Assembly (NCBI RefSeq): GCF_000181795.1 | Contig: NW_003526943.1 | Coordinates: 8,349,472 to 8,413,471, forward strand | Direction: 5' to 3' | Source: Trichinella spiralis | Taxonomy: Eukaryota | DNA length: 64,000 nucleotides | Shown here: positions 53,130 through 64,000 of the stretch, piece by piece | How the letters are laid out: every line of letters starts with the position of its first letter | Position numbering within the stretch: the stretch's first letter is position 1 | Position numbers and translations under genes: made by a program | Notes under the pieces: generated by a model | What the model saw: only the letters and a program-made list of their open reading frames with translations | What the model was told of the DNA's origin: nothing | Database searches by the model: none

Positions 53130-54737
53130 ATGGCCGAAGAAAGTGATAATTTGCGAGACGAAAGCTGCGATGTATATTGTAAATGGAATAGAAATCCGGG
53201 AAATGTTAGAAATATTTACATTGTAAAAAGTTGGGATGAATGGGAAAATGTGTTGAATGATTTGCAATTGGACATCGATAAGGTTCCTGTACTTGGATTG
53301 GATTGCGAGTGGTCGGCAGATTGCTCTTCGAATGCCACCGGTAGAAATGTGAGCTTAGTTCAGTTTGCCACCGCGTTTGGTGTTTGCATTCTGGTTCGTC
53401 TGTCTCAAATGAATACACCGACGTCGAGTTTTGTCACGGTTCTCGAAAATTCAAAAGTGATGAAAGTTGGTTTAGGCATTGAACAGGATGTGAAACGTCT
53501 TTATCTCGATCATGGAATTGTTGTCCGAGGTAAATTTGATGTACGGTATTTGTTGGATGTGGATCAGCGCAATATATCTTTGCAAACATTGGTGAAAAAT
53601 TGTTTCGATCATGTGCTAGTGAAACTGACTAAAGTTGCTTGTAGCAATTGGGATGCAACAGAATTGACCGAAGCGCAGATTCAGTATGCTAGTTCAGATG
53701 CTCAGTATTCATTGGATTGCTTTTTGAAATCTCTTTCCAACAAACTTTTGGATCACAGTTGGACAATGTGGTGCTCATGCGCGCAGACTGCTGCACAGAA
53801 AGCCTTGGATGATTACGATCACCGTCCTGTCAGGCAGAAGAATTTCAGCAAGACATGCTCCAAACAGTTGAAACCAAAAATTGCAAGCACATCTCCTTCG
53901 AGATTCGCTCTGAAAGGTCCCCATTATCAGAACTGCATTCTGATTGGACCAGACGGGGATTTGTTGTCCCGATTGCCGAAGAAGAAGCTGATGTGGTATG
54001 TGAAAAACAATTTGGGCGATGTTGTATCTCAGTTGTCGGATGAACATTGGAAATTATTTTCATGTGCTGAAGAAGATCCACCGTTTGTGGTGCAACTGCG
54101 ATTTCAGCCGAAAGTGGTCGCTTCCAAGGAAAGCTATTACATCAAAGAAAAGGAAAATCAATGCGTTGTTTGTGGTCGGTTGGATTTGCTGATGCGCAAG
54201 CGGATCATTCCCCATTTGTACCGACGACTTTTTCCTGAAGAATTGAAATCCTTCCGCAGTCATGACATTTTGCTTCTATGCTTCGACTGCCATCGAAAAG
54301 CTGAATATTATGATACGCTTTTCCAACGGTCACTTGCCGAACAATGCGACGCTCCACTGCGCCTGGCGGAGCAACAAGAGGACAAATTTTCCAAAGATGC
54401 ATTCAAAATTCGCGGCTACGCCCGTACTTTGAAATTTCACTTCGACCAATTGCCAGACGACCGAAGAGAATACTTGCAAAAGCAGTTGGCGTTATTTTTT
54501 CAACAAGACAAATTCCAGTTGGATTTGATTGAAAAAGCTATCGAAATGGAAAAACCAAACGCCACGCATAGGAATAATATTTACGACACGCACGCGGAGT
54601 GTGTTGTGAATTATTATGCAAATTCAGAAATTGGCCTCAGCGGTTTTGAAAAATTGTGGCGTAAACGGTTTGTCGATCTGATGAAACCGAAATTTCTTCC
54701 CTCTCTTTGGTCTGTCGACGCGTCATTCATTTACTGA
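53130..54737 (+). CDS. EXD2: Exonuclease 3'-5' domain-containing protein 2 (DEDDy exonuclease plus HNH-like C-terminal domain), single coding exon
   Basis: ExoI LGLDCEW, ExoII GIEQD, ExoIII SNWDATELTEAQIQYASSDA; C-terminal YQNCILIGPDGDLL...WYVK, KENQCVVCG...IIPHLYRRLFP...SHDILLLCFDCH, and LWRKRFVDLMKPKFLPSLWSVD. Confidence 0.92.
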   Translation: MAEESDNLRDESCDVYCKWNRNPGNVRNIYIVKSWDEWENVLNDLQLDIDKVPVLGLDCEWSADCSSNATGRNVSLVQFATAFGVCILVRLSQMNTPTSSFVTVLENSKVMKVGLGIEQDVKRLYLDHGIVVRGKFDVRYLLDVDQRNISLQTLVKNCFDHVLVKLTKVACSNWDATELTEAQIQYASSDAQYSLDCFLKSLSNKLLDHSWTMWCSCAQTAAQKALDDYDHRPVRQKNFSKTCSKQLKPKIASTSPSRFALKGPHYQNCILIGPDGDLLSRLPKKKLMWYVKNNLGDVVSQLSDEHWKLFSCAEEDPPFVVQLRFQPKVVASKESYYIKEKENQCVVCGRLDLLMRKRIIPHLYRRLFPEELKSFRSHDILLLCFDCHRKAEYYDTLFQRSLAEQCDAPLRLAEQQEDKFSKDAFKIRGYARTLKFHFDQLPDDRREYLQKQLALFFQQDKFQLDLIEKAIEMEKPNATHRNNIYDTHAECVVNYYANSEIGLSGFEKLWRKRFVDLMKPKFLPSLWSVDASFIY

Positions 54738-57700
54738 ACATGAATTTTTTTGTTGTTTTCATTTTTTTTAATTAGCTGACTGTATGTTGTCGGTTGTATT
54801 TGTTGTTGACAAGAGTTGACGGTGAAAATGAATTACAAGGCCGAGGAAATTATTCTGCTACATCTCTGACATTCTAGGAATGCTGGAATTCTACCGTTGC
54901 ACACGACTAAGTAAGGTCGTAAACGTCGTATTTTGCAACTTTTATGCCAACCCTACTTACAACCACATTAAACAAATCAAGTTAGCATTTTTTACTTCTT
55001 ATTCATTGTTATCAATGTGTTTTTTATTTTAATCTGCTTTAACAAATTTCAACTACTGTTGATAAAAATTAGTTTCAAATTTATTGTTCATTTTTCAACG
55101 ACAACAAGCTTTATTTACAATGTTGAATCTACGATACGCTTTGCGCACGTATCAGCTGCGTTTGAACAATTCAACTATTAATGTATAATGTGTAACAATT
55201 TGAAAAAAACAAACTGCGCACGAACAGCAGAAGAACATTATTTTAGCAATATTCTTTAAAAATATCAATACATCAATCGCGGAAAATTGTTTTTTACACT
55301 AATATTTATTTATTCAGAAGTGTAATATTGAAAAATACAAATAAAATCAGCTAAAAGAGCTAAATTTTTTTAAAAATGATCGTCAAGAATTAATTTTCTT
55401 GAAAAATTCTTTGAAAACTTAATTGTACCCAAAGAAGTAGGTCATGCTTTGCAGAAAACAATTTCATCATGCAAAATAATTTAAACAGAAAAATAATTTT
55501 CCACATTTGCTTTATTTCTTTATGATGATTGCTATCGCTTCAACAATTTGAAAATTTTACTAAGAACTATTTTTATTAACCATGCACATCTTTTTTTATT
55601 ACTGTAACTTCAAATTTCTGGGTGAATTTTTCGAAATGACACTTGTCTGCAACGATTACGGTCATTGCTTTCGTTGACATTTTATTATTTTGAAAAATTG
55701 ACCATTCGCTGTGACGGTGACTTTATTGACAAGAGATGAATCAAAGACGTGAAAAAAATTGGTCAATTGTAAGTTAAATTATTTTTCTCATTATTTGTAG
55801 TTTATTTATGCGTACATTGTTTGTATTTTATTTGCATATGTGTATATATTTGTCTTCCAATGGTTGTTTATTGAAGTTCAAGTTCTGATCAATAGTGTAT
55901 TTTTCCGTATGATTAATAATTAATGATTCACTAGTATTTTGTCAGGAATTTATGGTGGCAATTTTGATAGCTTGAATGTGCGTGTGTATGTAATTTCGCG
56001 TAAAGAGCAACAATTAGCCACAAATGTCGATGTTTATATTTCAGCTTGGTACAGTCCATAGCACTGAGCTATTGATTGTTTATTTTTCTTTTGAAATCGT
56101 TTTGTTTACACATAGCATTCAGTTGACGATCACTAGTTCCTTGTATTTTAATTTGCTTTTTCTTCGAGACAGGTTCGCTTATTGTTAATCAGTAGTCTTC
56201 CGGCAAGGTGTGTCATATGATAGCTGTTTTGGTGGAACTTGTTTAAGCAACATTCTAGCTTAAAATTTTATTTTTCATTTTAATTACGCTTGATAATTTT
56301 CTACTACCATTTTCTGTAGGTGGCGAAAGCTATTTGAATGAATAATAGAAAAGAAATGTATCTATGTATTTTTGGAAATTAATAATTAAAAAATAAAAAA
56401 ATTCAGTGTTGCACGTTAATAAATAAACTTGTTTTTTTACAAAGGAAGATGTGCCTTTTTCCGACAGTTTGCAAAATTTATGTATATGGTAAATTTCTAA
56501 TTAATGAATGAAAAATATTTGCAATTTGCAATGTATTTTTTTTATTTTTAAACATCAGCTGTGCATTATTGGCATTTTGAAATCATTCTAGAGCTGTAAA
56601 TATTTTTCAAAGCAAATTAATTGACTGCTTTGGATGACAGGAAGCATTTTGCAATATCAGATGAGAACGCAGTTATTTATGGCTTTTCTATTTATCCTAA
56701 GGCGAATTGTTAATTTGAAAGCTAATGGGCTCATTAATATTTTTTAGTAAAATCAAAAGTGCTGAGTGACGTGATTTTGTAATGCACTTGATATTCATTA
56801 ACGAGCAAAGAGAAATGGACAGAAAAGGCGAATCCATAAAAATTCTAATTATTCCTGTTTTATGCCGTAGGCGCATAAAAAAGTTTTTGTATGCAGCGAA
56901 TGGATGATATATTAGCTCATTATTATATAGCACAAGGTGCAATAATGCAAGCATTTCATTTCATTGGAAATTTTATAGAACGTTTTTATCTCCAAAATAG
57001 AAATATAAAATGATGAGTATATATATATCTATACATTTTGTATTTTATGGTTTTATTTGATATTGCAAAGGGAAAAAGCGTCCATTGTGAACAGTGAATG
57101 AATTCAGTTTTCGAGTAATTTTACTGATTTTATTAAAACTTTGAAATCAGAGCACATCATTTTGATTTATGGACTTATTAAATCCCATAAATTGTTATAT
57201 ATATGTAATAATGAATTTTTATGATAAATTTGGAAAAAAAATATGTAGTAATAGTGAAAAGTTTTGCTTCTTTTTTTTTAATTTTTATTTTCCAGTTTTA
57301 ACTGAAGATTATTACTATCATATTTGTATTGTGTAGCTATGTGTGTCTACTTGTATTATGTTGTATTTGTGGTTGATTGTTCACGTTGTGAACTGGTGAT
57401 TTTGCGTTGATCTGCATTGTTATCACAGTTGAATGGCACAAGGTTAGTAGATACAATTTCGCTTCATTCCTTTTTTGTTAACTTTGTCGTCACTGCTCAT
57501 TAATGCATTAATATAATTTTCTTTTTATAATTTTATACAATATAATAATAATAATTATTATTTATAATGATAGCAACAGCAATTTTATTGAAAATACAAG
57601 TGTGAATGAAATACCTTTATGCTTGTTATATACTTTAACCAAATAGTTCAGTTGTTTCAAATTTTTTTATACGTTTTATTAGCAAATAAATAAATTAATT

Positions 57701-60062
57701 TTCATAAATACAATTGTTTTGTAATCAATTATCTCTTTACATTTAGTTTGAATTGTAATGTTGCACTTTTGATTTATGAATTTGATTTTTAACTAATTTT
57801 GGCTGATTTTTGTAAAATCAATTCAATTCAAAGTGGAAATTATTTTATAAAATCTTGTCAGTTGCTGTCCAATTTTGTTGAATGGTGGATGTTTAAATTC
57901 AATTTAGCATGAAACCTTTAAAACAGAATTTTCATTTGACATTAACACATGACCATTGATTATAACTTTATTTAAGAATTTAATGAATCTCGTTATTTAT
58001 TGTTAATCCACAATTTAAATGAATAAATAAATATATATATATATATATGTGCGTGTGCGCGTGTGTGCATGACATTATTTGACCGAAAGAACTACTTTTT
58101 GTGAATGTGCGCTTTTTGACAGCACATGTTTTGTTGACCTTTTGCATACTTTCTTGTTGATTGCATTGCTTACTTTTTCTTAAATATCGAAAAAAATTTT
58201 ATCTAAGCACAGTGCAGCAGTTCATTATTGTTCAAGCTTAGGGTTGCTGTATTCTTACTTCAATTTTTCATGATCAATACACAAATTAAAAAAAATTTAT
58301 TATACTTATAATTCTAATATTTGATTAGTATTTCGTAAATTGGCAGACAATAGATACAATTAATTGATAAATGATGAAAATGAAAAGAAATTTTTTGAAA
58401 GGAATAATTTTTTGTTTTATTTATAATTGAAATGCTTAATGATATAAATACATTTTCCCTTGATTTATTTATAATAGTCAATTATTAATTTAAAAATTTC
58501 ATTATTACTAATGATGTTACTAATTTTATCCCGTGTAATTCTATTTATATTAAATACTTCTGATAGGCAATGAATGAATGAATGAATGATATATTGATTA
58601 TTTAATGATATTTCAAATCAGGGTTGAACATTTTGTTTTTTAATTCTTTTTTTCTATTTTATATTTAATACAAACAATTTGAATAAATTATTACAATGAA
58701 TTAATATTGTTATCATTATTATTAATATTGTTGTTGTTGCTGTTGTTATTTATAAGATGGAAATGTTAAAAATAACTATTGAGCGGAAATGTCCGTTTAT
58801 TTGGACAATTGGAAATAGGAGCCGTTACAAAATGAATATCGTTGAATTGAAATTGATATTTCTCAAGAATTTTTATCACCAATTATTATGTGAATAATTT
58901 TTATTCGATATGTGCTTTGTGTATTTTCGGTTTGATTGCCATGCACAAATTGTGGAAGCGTGTGCGTGAATCGATAAATCAGATCAGTAGGAAATTTCAA
59001 ATATCCTAGAAATTATCTATTTTTACATTTATCTCAAATTATTATTAATTCTTTTTTTTCCTCGCATATGAAATTTCCACGTGCAATTTGATACAACGTT
59101 TATGAATTATTGTAATATGAACTGTTGTTGTTGTTGTTGTTGTTGTTATTTTAAAAATATCCGAATTGTTTCAGCTTTTCACAACATATTAATTCATGTA
59201 ATGTGAATTTCGGTAAATTTTTTTGTGTGTCGTCAATTAAAAGTTTATTTCATTTTATCATAAAATAATTGTTGAATTATTAGAAATTAAAATTGTCCAG
59301 ATTTGTTCTGCATTTGTGAAATGTCGAAATGGTCTTCTTGTGTCTGGTTCTGTTGGATCTAACGGAACAACTCTTGCGAAACGTTTGCACATTTCATAAA
59401 AATCGATAATAATTGTGCAAATTTTGCCCGGATCTTTTGTTGAAATTATTCACAAGCATACCGATGGTGATTTGTTTGTTTCCAATGATTGGCTATTTTA
59501 AGCTAGTCCAGTTCGATTCTCTCATACCAATGCATGCTTCTCTTGTTAGCTAGCTAACTAGCTAGCTGCTTCAGGTGCGAGGTTCTGCTGAACTGAACCA
59601 TTATTTAATAATCTTGGAAAAAATATATATATAGAGAGAAAACATACCTTTTGTTTTGTTTTTATTTTGATTATCCGGTATTGTTTGGGGCGTATCCTTT
59701 ATTTTTTGTATTTTTTTTGATGCTTTGATATTTTCACCGTATGGCACACTATGTTGCAGTTCATCAGGCCTCTTTCTCTCTATTAACCAAGGCATCATCA
59801 GTGTTTGTTCAATTTCTGCATCTCAGCAATTTGTCACTATTGAGATGCGTGACCGTTTGTTGTTATCAAGTTATTTTTTTTACTTTCTGTTTTTTACTTT
59901 TTGTTTTCTCCAATGTCATTGACATGAATTTTGCAATTTCGTAGATTTGCTTCTTTTTCTTCTTCATCTTATTCTCTTTTGACCAAACTTATGCAAGTTT
60001 AAATTGAATTGAAAAATTTGAATTAATTTTCTTGATTTCACACAAGCCAATTTCTATGAAAC

Positions 60063-63000
60063 ATGCGTATTAGTCTTTCGTTGAACGAGACCGAATTGCT
60101 TTTTCGTTTTGTATTTCGTAGGCGAAAAAGATTTTTGGTAAGTAAATTTGTGCAAATGTGATTTTCGTAATTTTAATTTTAAAAATTATTTATTTGTTTG
60201 TCATCAATTTGTAACATATATACTCACTTGTTATGTTTGAACAATGAATACATTTGTAGCTTTCTGTGCAGCAGCATCTTTTTTCAATTCTTGCAACCAC
60301 CTTTTTACATTTAACAACGCTTATCTTTTCTTTTCTTTGAGATTCTGCAATTTAAACATGAATTTATTATTTGTTTCAATTTTTATTTTTGTCAATTTTA
60401 ATATTTTTTTCTCATCAGTTGTTTTTTATTCACTTTAGCTGGGAAAAGTTGGTAATTCCTTCCGCCATACAAACAAGCACGGTAAAGATTCGTCGAAGTG
60501 TGATGGAAACGGTGATGATAGCTGGACTGTAACGGATTCACAACGGCCGGCCTATGTCTGTCATGCTGTATATTTGTTTATTTGAAATTGTAATAATTTT
60601 TTTTCTCATCCAGGAGCACAATACTTTACACGGGCTACCGAACACTTCAACTGCTGTCAGTGAATATGACATTGACAGTCTCAGTTCGAAAGAGTTGGAC
60701 TTGATTTTCGAAGATATGCTGGTTAGTTATATTTGAAATAATTTGCAATTGTGTAATTTATTTATATTTTCAATTTTCAGAATGATATGAATTTGAGTGA
60801 AGCGAAAAAAGCGCCTCTTCGAACGGCATCTATCGAACAGAAAAGAGTGATGATTTTGCAGAAGATTCGGACCGATCAAACTCTTGTAAAGCTGATATTT
60901 TCATTTTTCGTACATGATATATAATACTTGGCATTGGATGTTTAAGCGTGGCGCTAAAGTTAAATGCGATGATCCGGGTGATTATATTCGTATTTTGTCA
61001 GCATCGGAAGATAATTCTCCTAAACTGGTGCGAATATTGCAATCATTGCGAGTTTCACTTTCTAACAACCCTGTTAGGTATTTTGAATGGAAAAATTCTA
61101 AAAAAGGAAGATCATCAAACTTACCTAACAGTTCCTACTTTGTTTGTTTAGCTGGATAGAAAAGTTCGGTACGCGTGGTTTGAATTTGTTGCTGAACATT
61201 TTGCAATGGGTATCTGAAAAGTAAGTAATTCTCGCAAGTTATTTTGTGTTCTTTTGAATTTAATATTTAATTTTTTATTTTTCAGTCCTCTTGTTGAAGC
61301 ATCGTCAATGCGTATTCAGCACGAATGCATAAAATGTTTAAGAGCATTTATGAACAACAACGTAAATATTTTTCTTTAGTTTCACAGAAACTGACGTCAT
61401 TTTATTATAATTTTATTTTTTCAGTATGGTTTGAGGCAAATTATGGAACACAGTCAATCTTGTGAAATATTAGTACAATCGTTGAATGTTGTGAACCAAA
61501 GTTCCACCATCGATGCTGTGAAATTGCTTGCTGCTATTTGCGTGATGCCTTCTCCAAATAGCACCGTTCAAAGCGGGTAATTGTTTTTCATTATCATTAT
61601 GTATATTTTTTCTGTTTTACAATGCATACGTTCAGAAAAAGTTGTATATATTTATTGAAATAAATTTTCAGCGTTATTTATTGAAGTTTTATTTGAGGCA
61701 TGAAAAAGTGTTAAATGCATTGAGTTCTTATGCAGAACATTCAGAAATTAGACGGTTTGTGCCCATTGTTCAAGGTCTTGGTGTTGCGGCGAATCCTGCC
61801 TTGCAAGTAAATTAAGAAAATAAAAGATTAACTTTTTGTATTTTTATAATTTTTTTCTCTACTGCAGAATGCGTTCATGCAACTGGTTAATGCAATCATC
61901 ACCATTGCTGATGATTTGGATTATCGCATGCACTTACGCAATGAGTTTATGCGTACAGGCATGACAGATGTTTTGGAAGTATGCATTTTTGTTGTTGTTT
62001 ATTTTTATTCAGTTATTTGAAATTATAGATAATGGAATGTTCAGAAAATGAGGACTTGAAATTGCAAGTGAAAATTTTTACAGAAAATCGAGATGCAGAT
62101 TTAGATGAACTCTTCCAACGTCATGAGAACTTACGTATCGAGATGGATAGTCCACGCAAATGTTACGAAGCACTGGAACATTCGCTTAGAAATAGTCCAA
62201 CTTCATATTATTTTTTGTCCATATTGCAGCATTTGTTGTTCATACGCGACGACGATGTTGAACTGAGGTGGTGACTCAGTGAGCATTTATGCTGGATAAT
62301 TTTTAATTTCAGTTGTCGATTAATTTAGAACATCATACTACAAATTGTTGGATGATGTGATATCATCAGTTGTGTTGCACAAAAGTGGATACGAAGTGGA
62401 CGCCCACAATCAGAAACGGTTGGCGCTCAATATTGAAGATCTTCTTGGTAAATAAATATTTCACACACATACTGTGCAAATAATATTGTGCAAATGGCTT
62501 GTATTGTAGAAAAAGTAACGGAACATCAAAAACACGATCTGGACAGTATCGGTAGTTCATCTGATCGTCTGGCTTCAGAAGATATGAAGGTGAAATTCGA
62601 AGCTGTTGTGACAGAAAATCAAGAATTGGAAGCAAAATTGACTCAACTGGCTTCAAAAATTGAAGAATACAAAAACGAGACATTCGTTTTAAGGCAACAC
62701 GTGAGTATTTGCATATTGTTTATTTATTTGTTTATTATTTATTTCAAAATGAGCAAAGAGAAGCCTTTTAGATTGAAGGGAAAACGTCGGGTCCACTGCC
62801 TGCCCAAACGAAACCGTTATCGCCATCCACTACTCAGTTTCTAAGCAGAAGTGATTCGATGAAAAGTCTGCGAAGCATACTTTCCGCCAAATCAGGTAAA
62901 AATGAATATCTTTGTACAATCGTACGTAATTGATATAAAAGGGTTGTATTACAATTTGTTCATGCATCTTCTACGATGTTATTTAGCGAATGAAGTGACA

Positions 63001-64000
63001 AATGATTCGGGTATTCCTCCGCCGCCACCGTTACCTGGTTCAACGATACCCCCACCACCTCCTCCCCCTCCACCACCACCTATGCCGAATGGATTTTCTG
63101 CAGCTATTCCTCCACCGCCACCGTTTCCTGTCCCCAACGCACCTACGGCACCACCTCCGCCGTTATTTTTTGGAAAAAAGGCCGCCGCCCCAGTAGCTGC
63201 TAAAACGTTGCCATTGTTTTTGAAAGAGAAAAAACCCTACAGAACAGAAGGAACTTTGCGAAAAATTAACTGGAAAGCGGTTGGCAGTTGTTAATTTTTA
63301 AAATTTCATATTTCATACTTTTTCAAAATTGAAATTTATTCATTTTTACAGGTCGATCCGAGCCAAATGATTGAATCATCATTCTGGGCTAAGGCAGAAG
63401 AAGAGCGTTTTAAATCAAAAACGTTTTTTCATCATTTGGAAGAGCATTTTTCTACAGCTAGCACAGGTTTTTGAAAATTTTTGCGTTATATATTTTCTAT
63501 ATTGTATTTTGTATATTCCAGCTAACGGGAATTTAACCAGTTTTCAAAAGAAAACTATTAAAAAAGTGAAAGAAGCGAAAGTTTTACCTCCGAATGCTGT
63601 GAAAACGCTGGGTAAGTTGAACTGATAATTGAAAAAGAGAAATTCATCTTTAATGTATATTATTTTTACCGTATTTATTGTAAAAGCAATGGAGAGTTGT
63701 AATAAATTAATAATTTGAAAGGTACGATTATTGTAGTTGTTTGAACAACTATTTTATTAGATACTGCTTAACAGTCTTCGTAGATATGCGATGGCTGTTA
63801 GAAATACAAGTAAGAATTAATTTCGAAATAAACTAAATTCAAATGAAATTTGTTACATTATTTTTAATTTTTTTAATTAAGAAAATTGTATTGCATGCGT
63901 TCGAGAATTTCAAACGTTATGCTAATCAAGAAGTGCTCATCATAAATTGCCATTTGTAGAAATAATTCATGGATCAACGAAAATGTCGGCCGCGGAATTT
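60063..64000 (+). CDS. Diaphanous-related formin (GBD-FH3-FH1-start of FH2), multi-exon; continues beyond the right edge; first exon tentative
   Basis: LIFEDMLNDMNLSEAKKAPLR; LQSLRVSLSNNPVSWIEKFG; IQHECIKCLRAFMNN; DDLDYRMHLRNEF; FLSILQHLLFIRDD; poly-proline FH1 at ~63015-63165; FH2 start LRKINWKA. Confidence 0.92.

Noticed and set aside
59544..59568. Palindromic gttagctagctaac / (TAGC)n tract
   Set aside because: A short self-complementary microsatellite with no further structure.
1..64000. CRISPR arrays, rRNA/tRNA genes, prokaryotic operons or an autonomous transposon
   Set aside because: No repeat-spacer periodicity, cloverleaf or rRNA signature, and no transposase/RT/integrase motif recognised; the DNA is clearly spliceosomal-intron eukaryotic.

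Overview
AT-rich eukaryotic genomic DNA with many short GT-AG introns and TTTCAG-type acceptors, most likely from a basal (clade I) nematode such as Trichinella (inference, not proven). In order, the window holds: an APP/apl-1-like gene (-, running off the left edge), RB1CC1/ATG11 (+), a SAPS/PPP6R-type subunit (-), a decayed intronless region with Mab-21/cGAS-like remnants, two paralogous pseudogene fragments flanking a small membrane-protein gene, FIG4 (-), TMEM106-like (-), xbp-1 (-) with a clear 23-nt IRE1 intron and upstream UPRE/CARE-like sites, a large uncharacterised multi-exon gene (-), a TTBK/CK1-family kinase (-), a three-exon neuropeptide precursor with GGGRY-type peptides (-), a 1.33-kb non-autonomous LTR-like element (TG..CA ends, 4-bp TAAG TSD, PBS-like site) carrying an intronless PDE4 fragment, an intronless EXD2 gene (+) and a Diaphanous-type formin (+, running off the right edge). 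All calls come from manual translation and motif recognition; no database searches were run.
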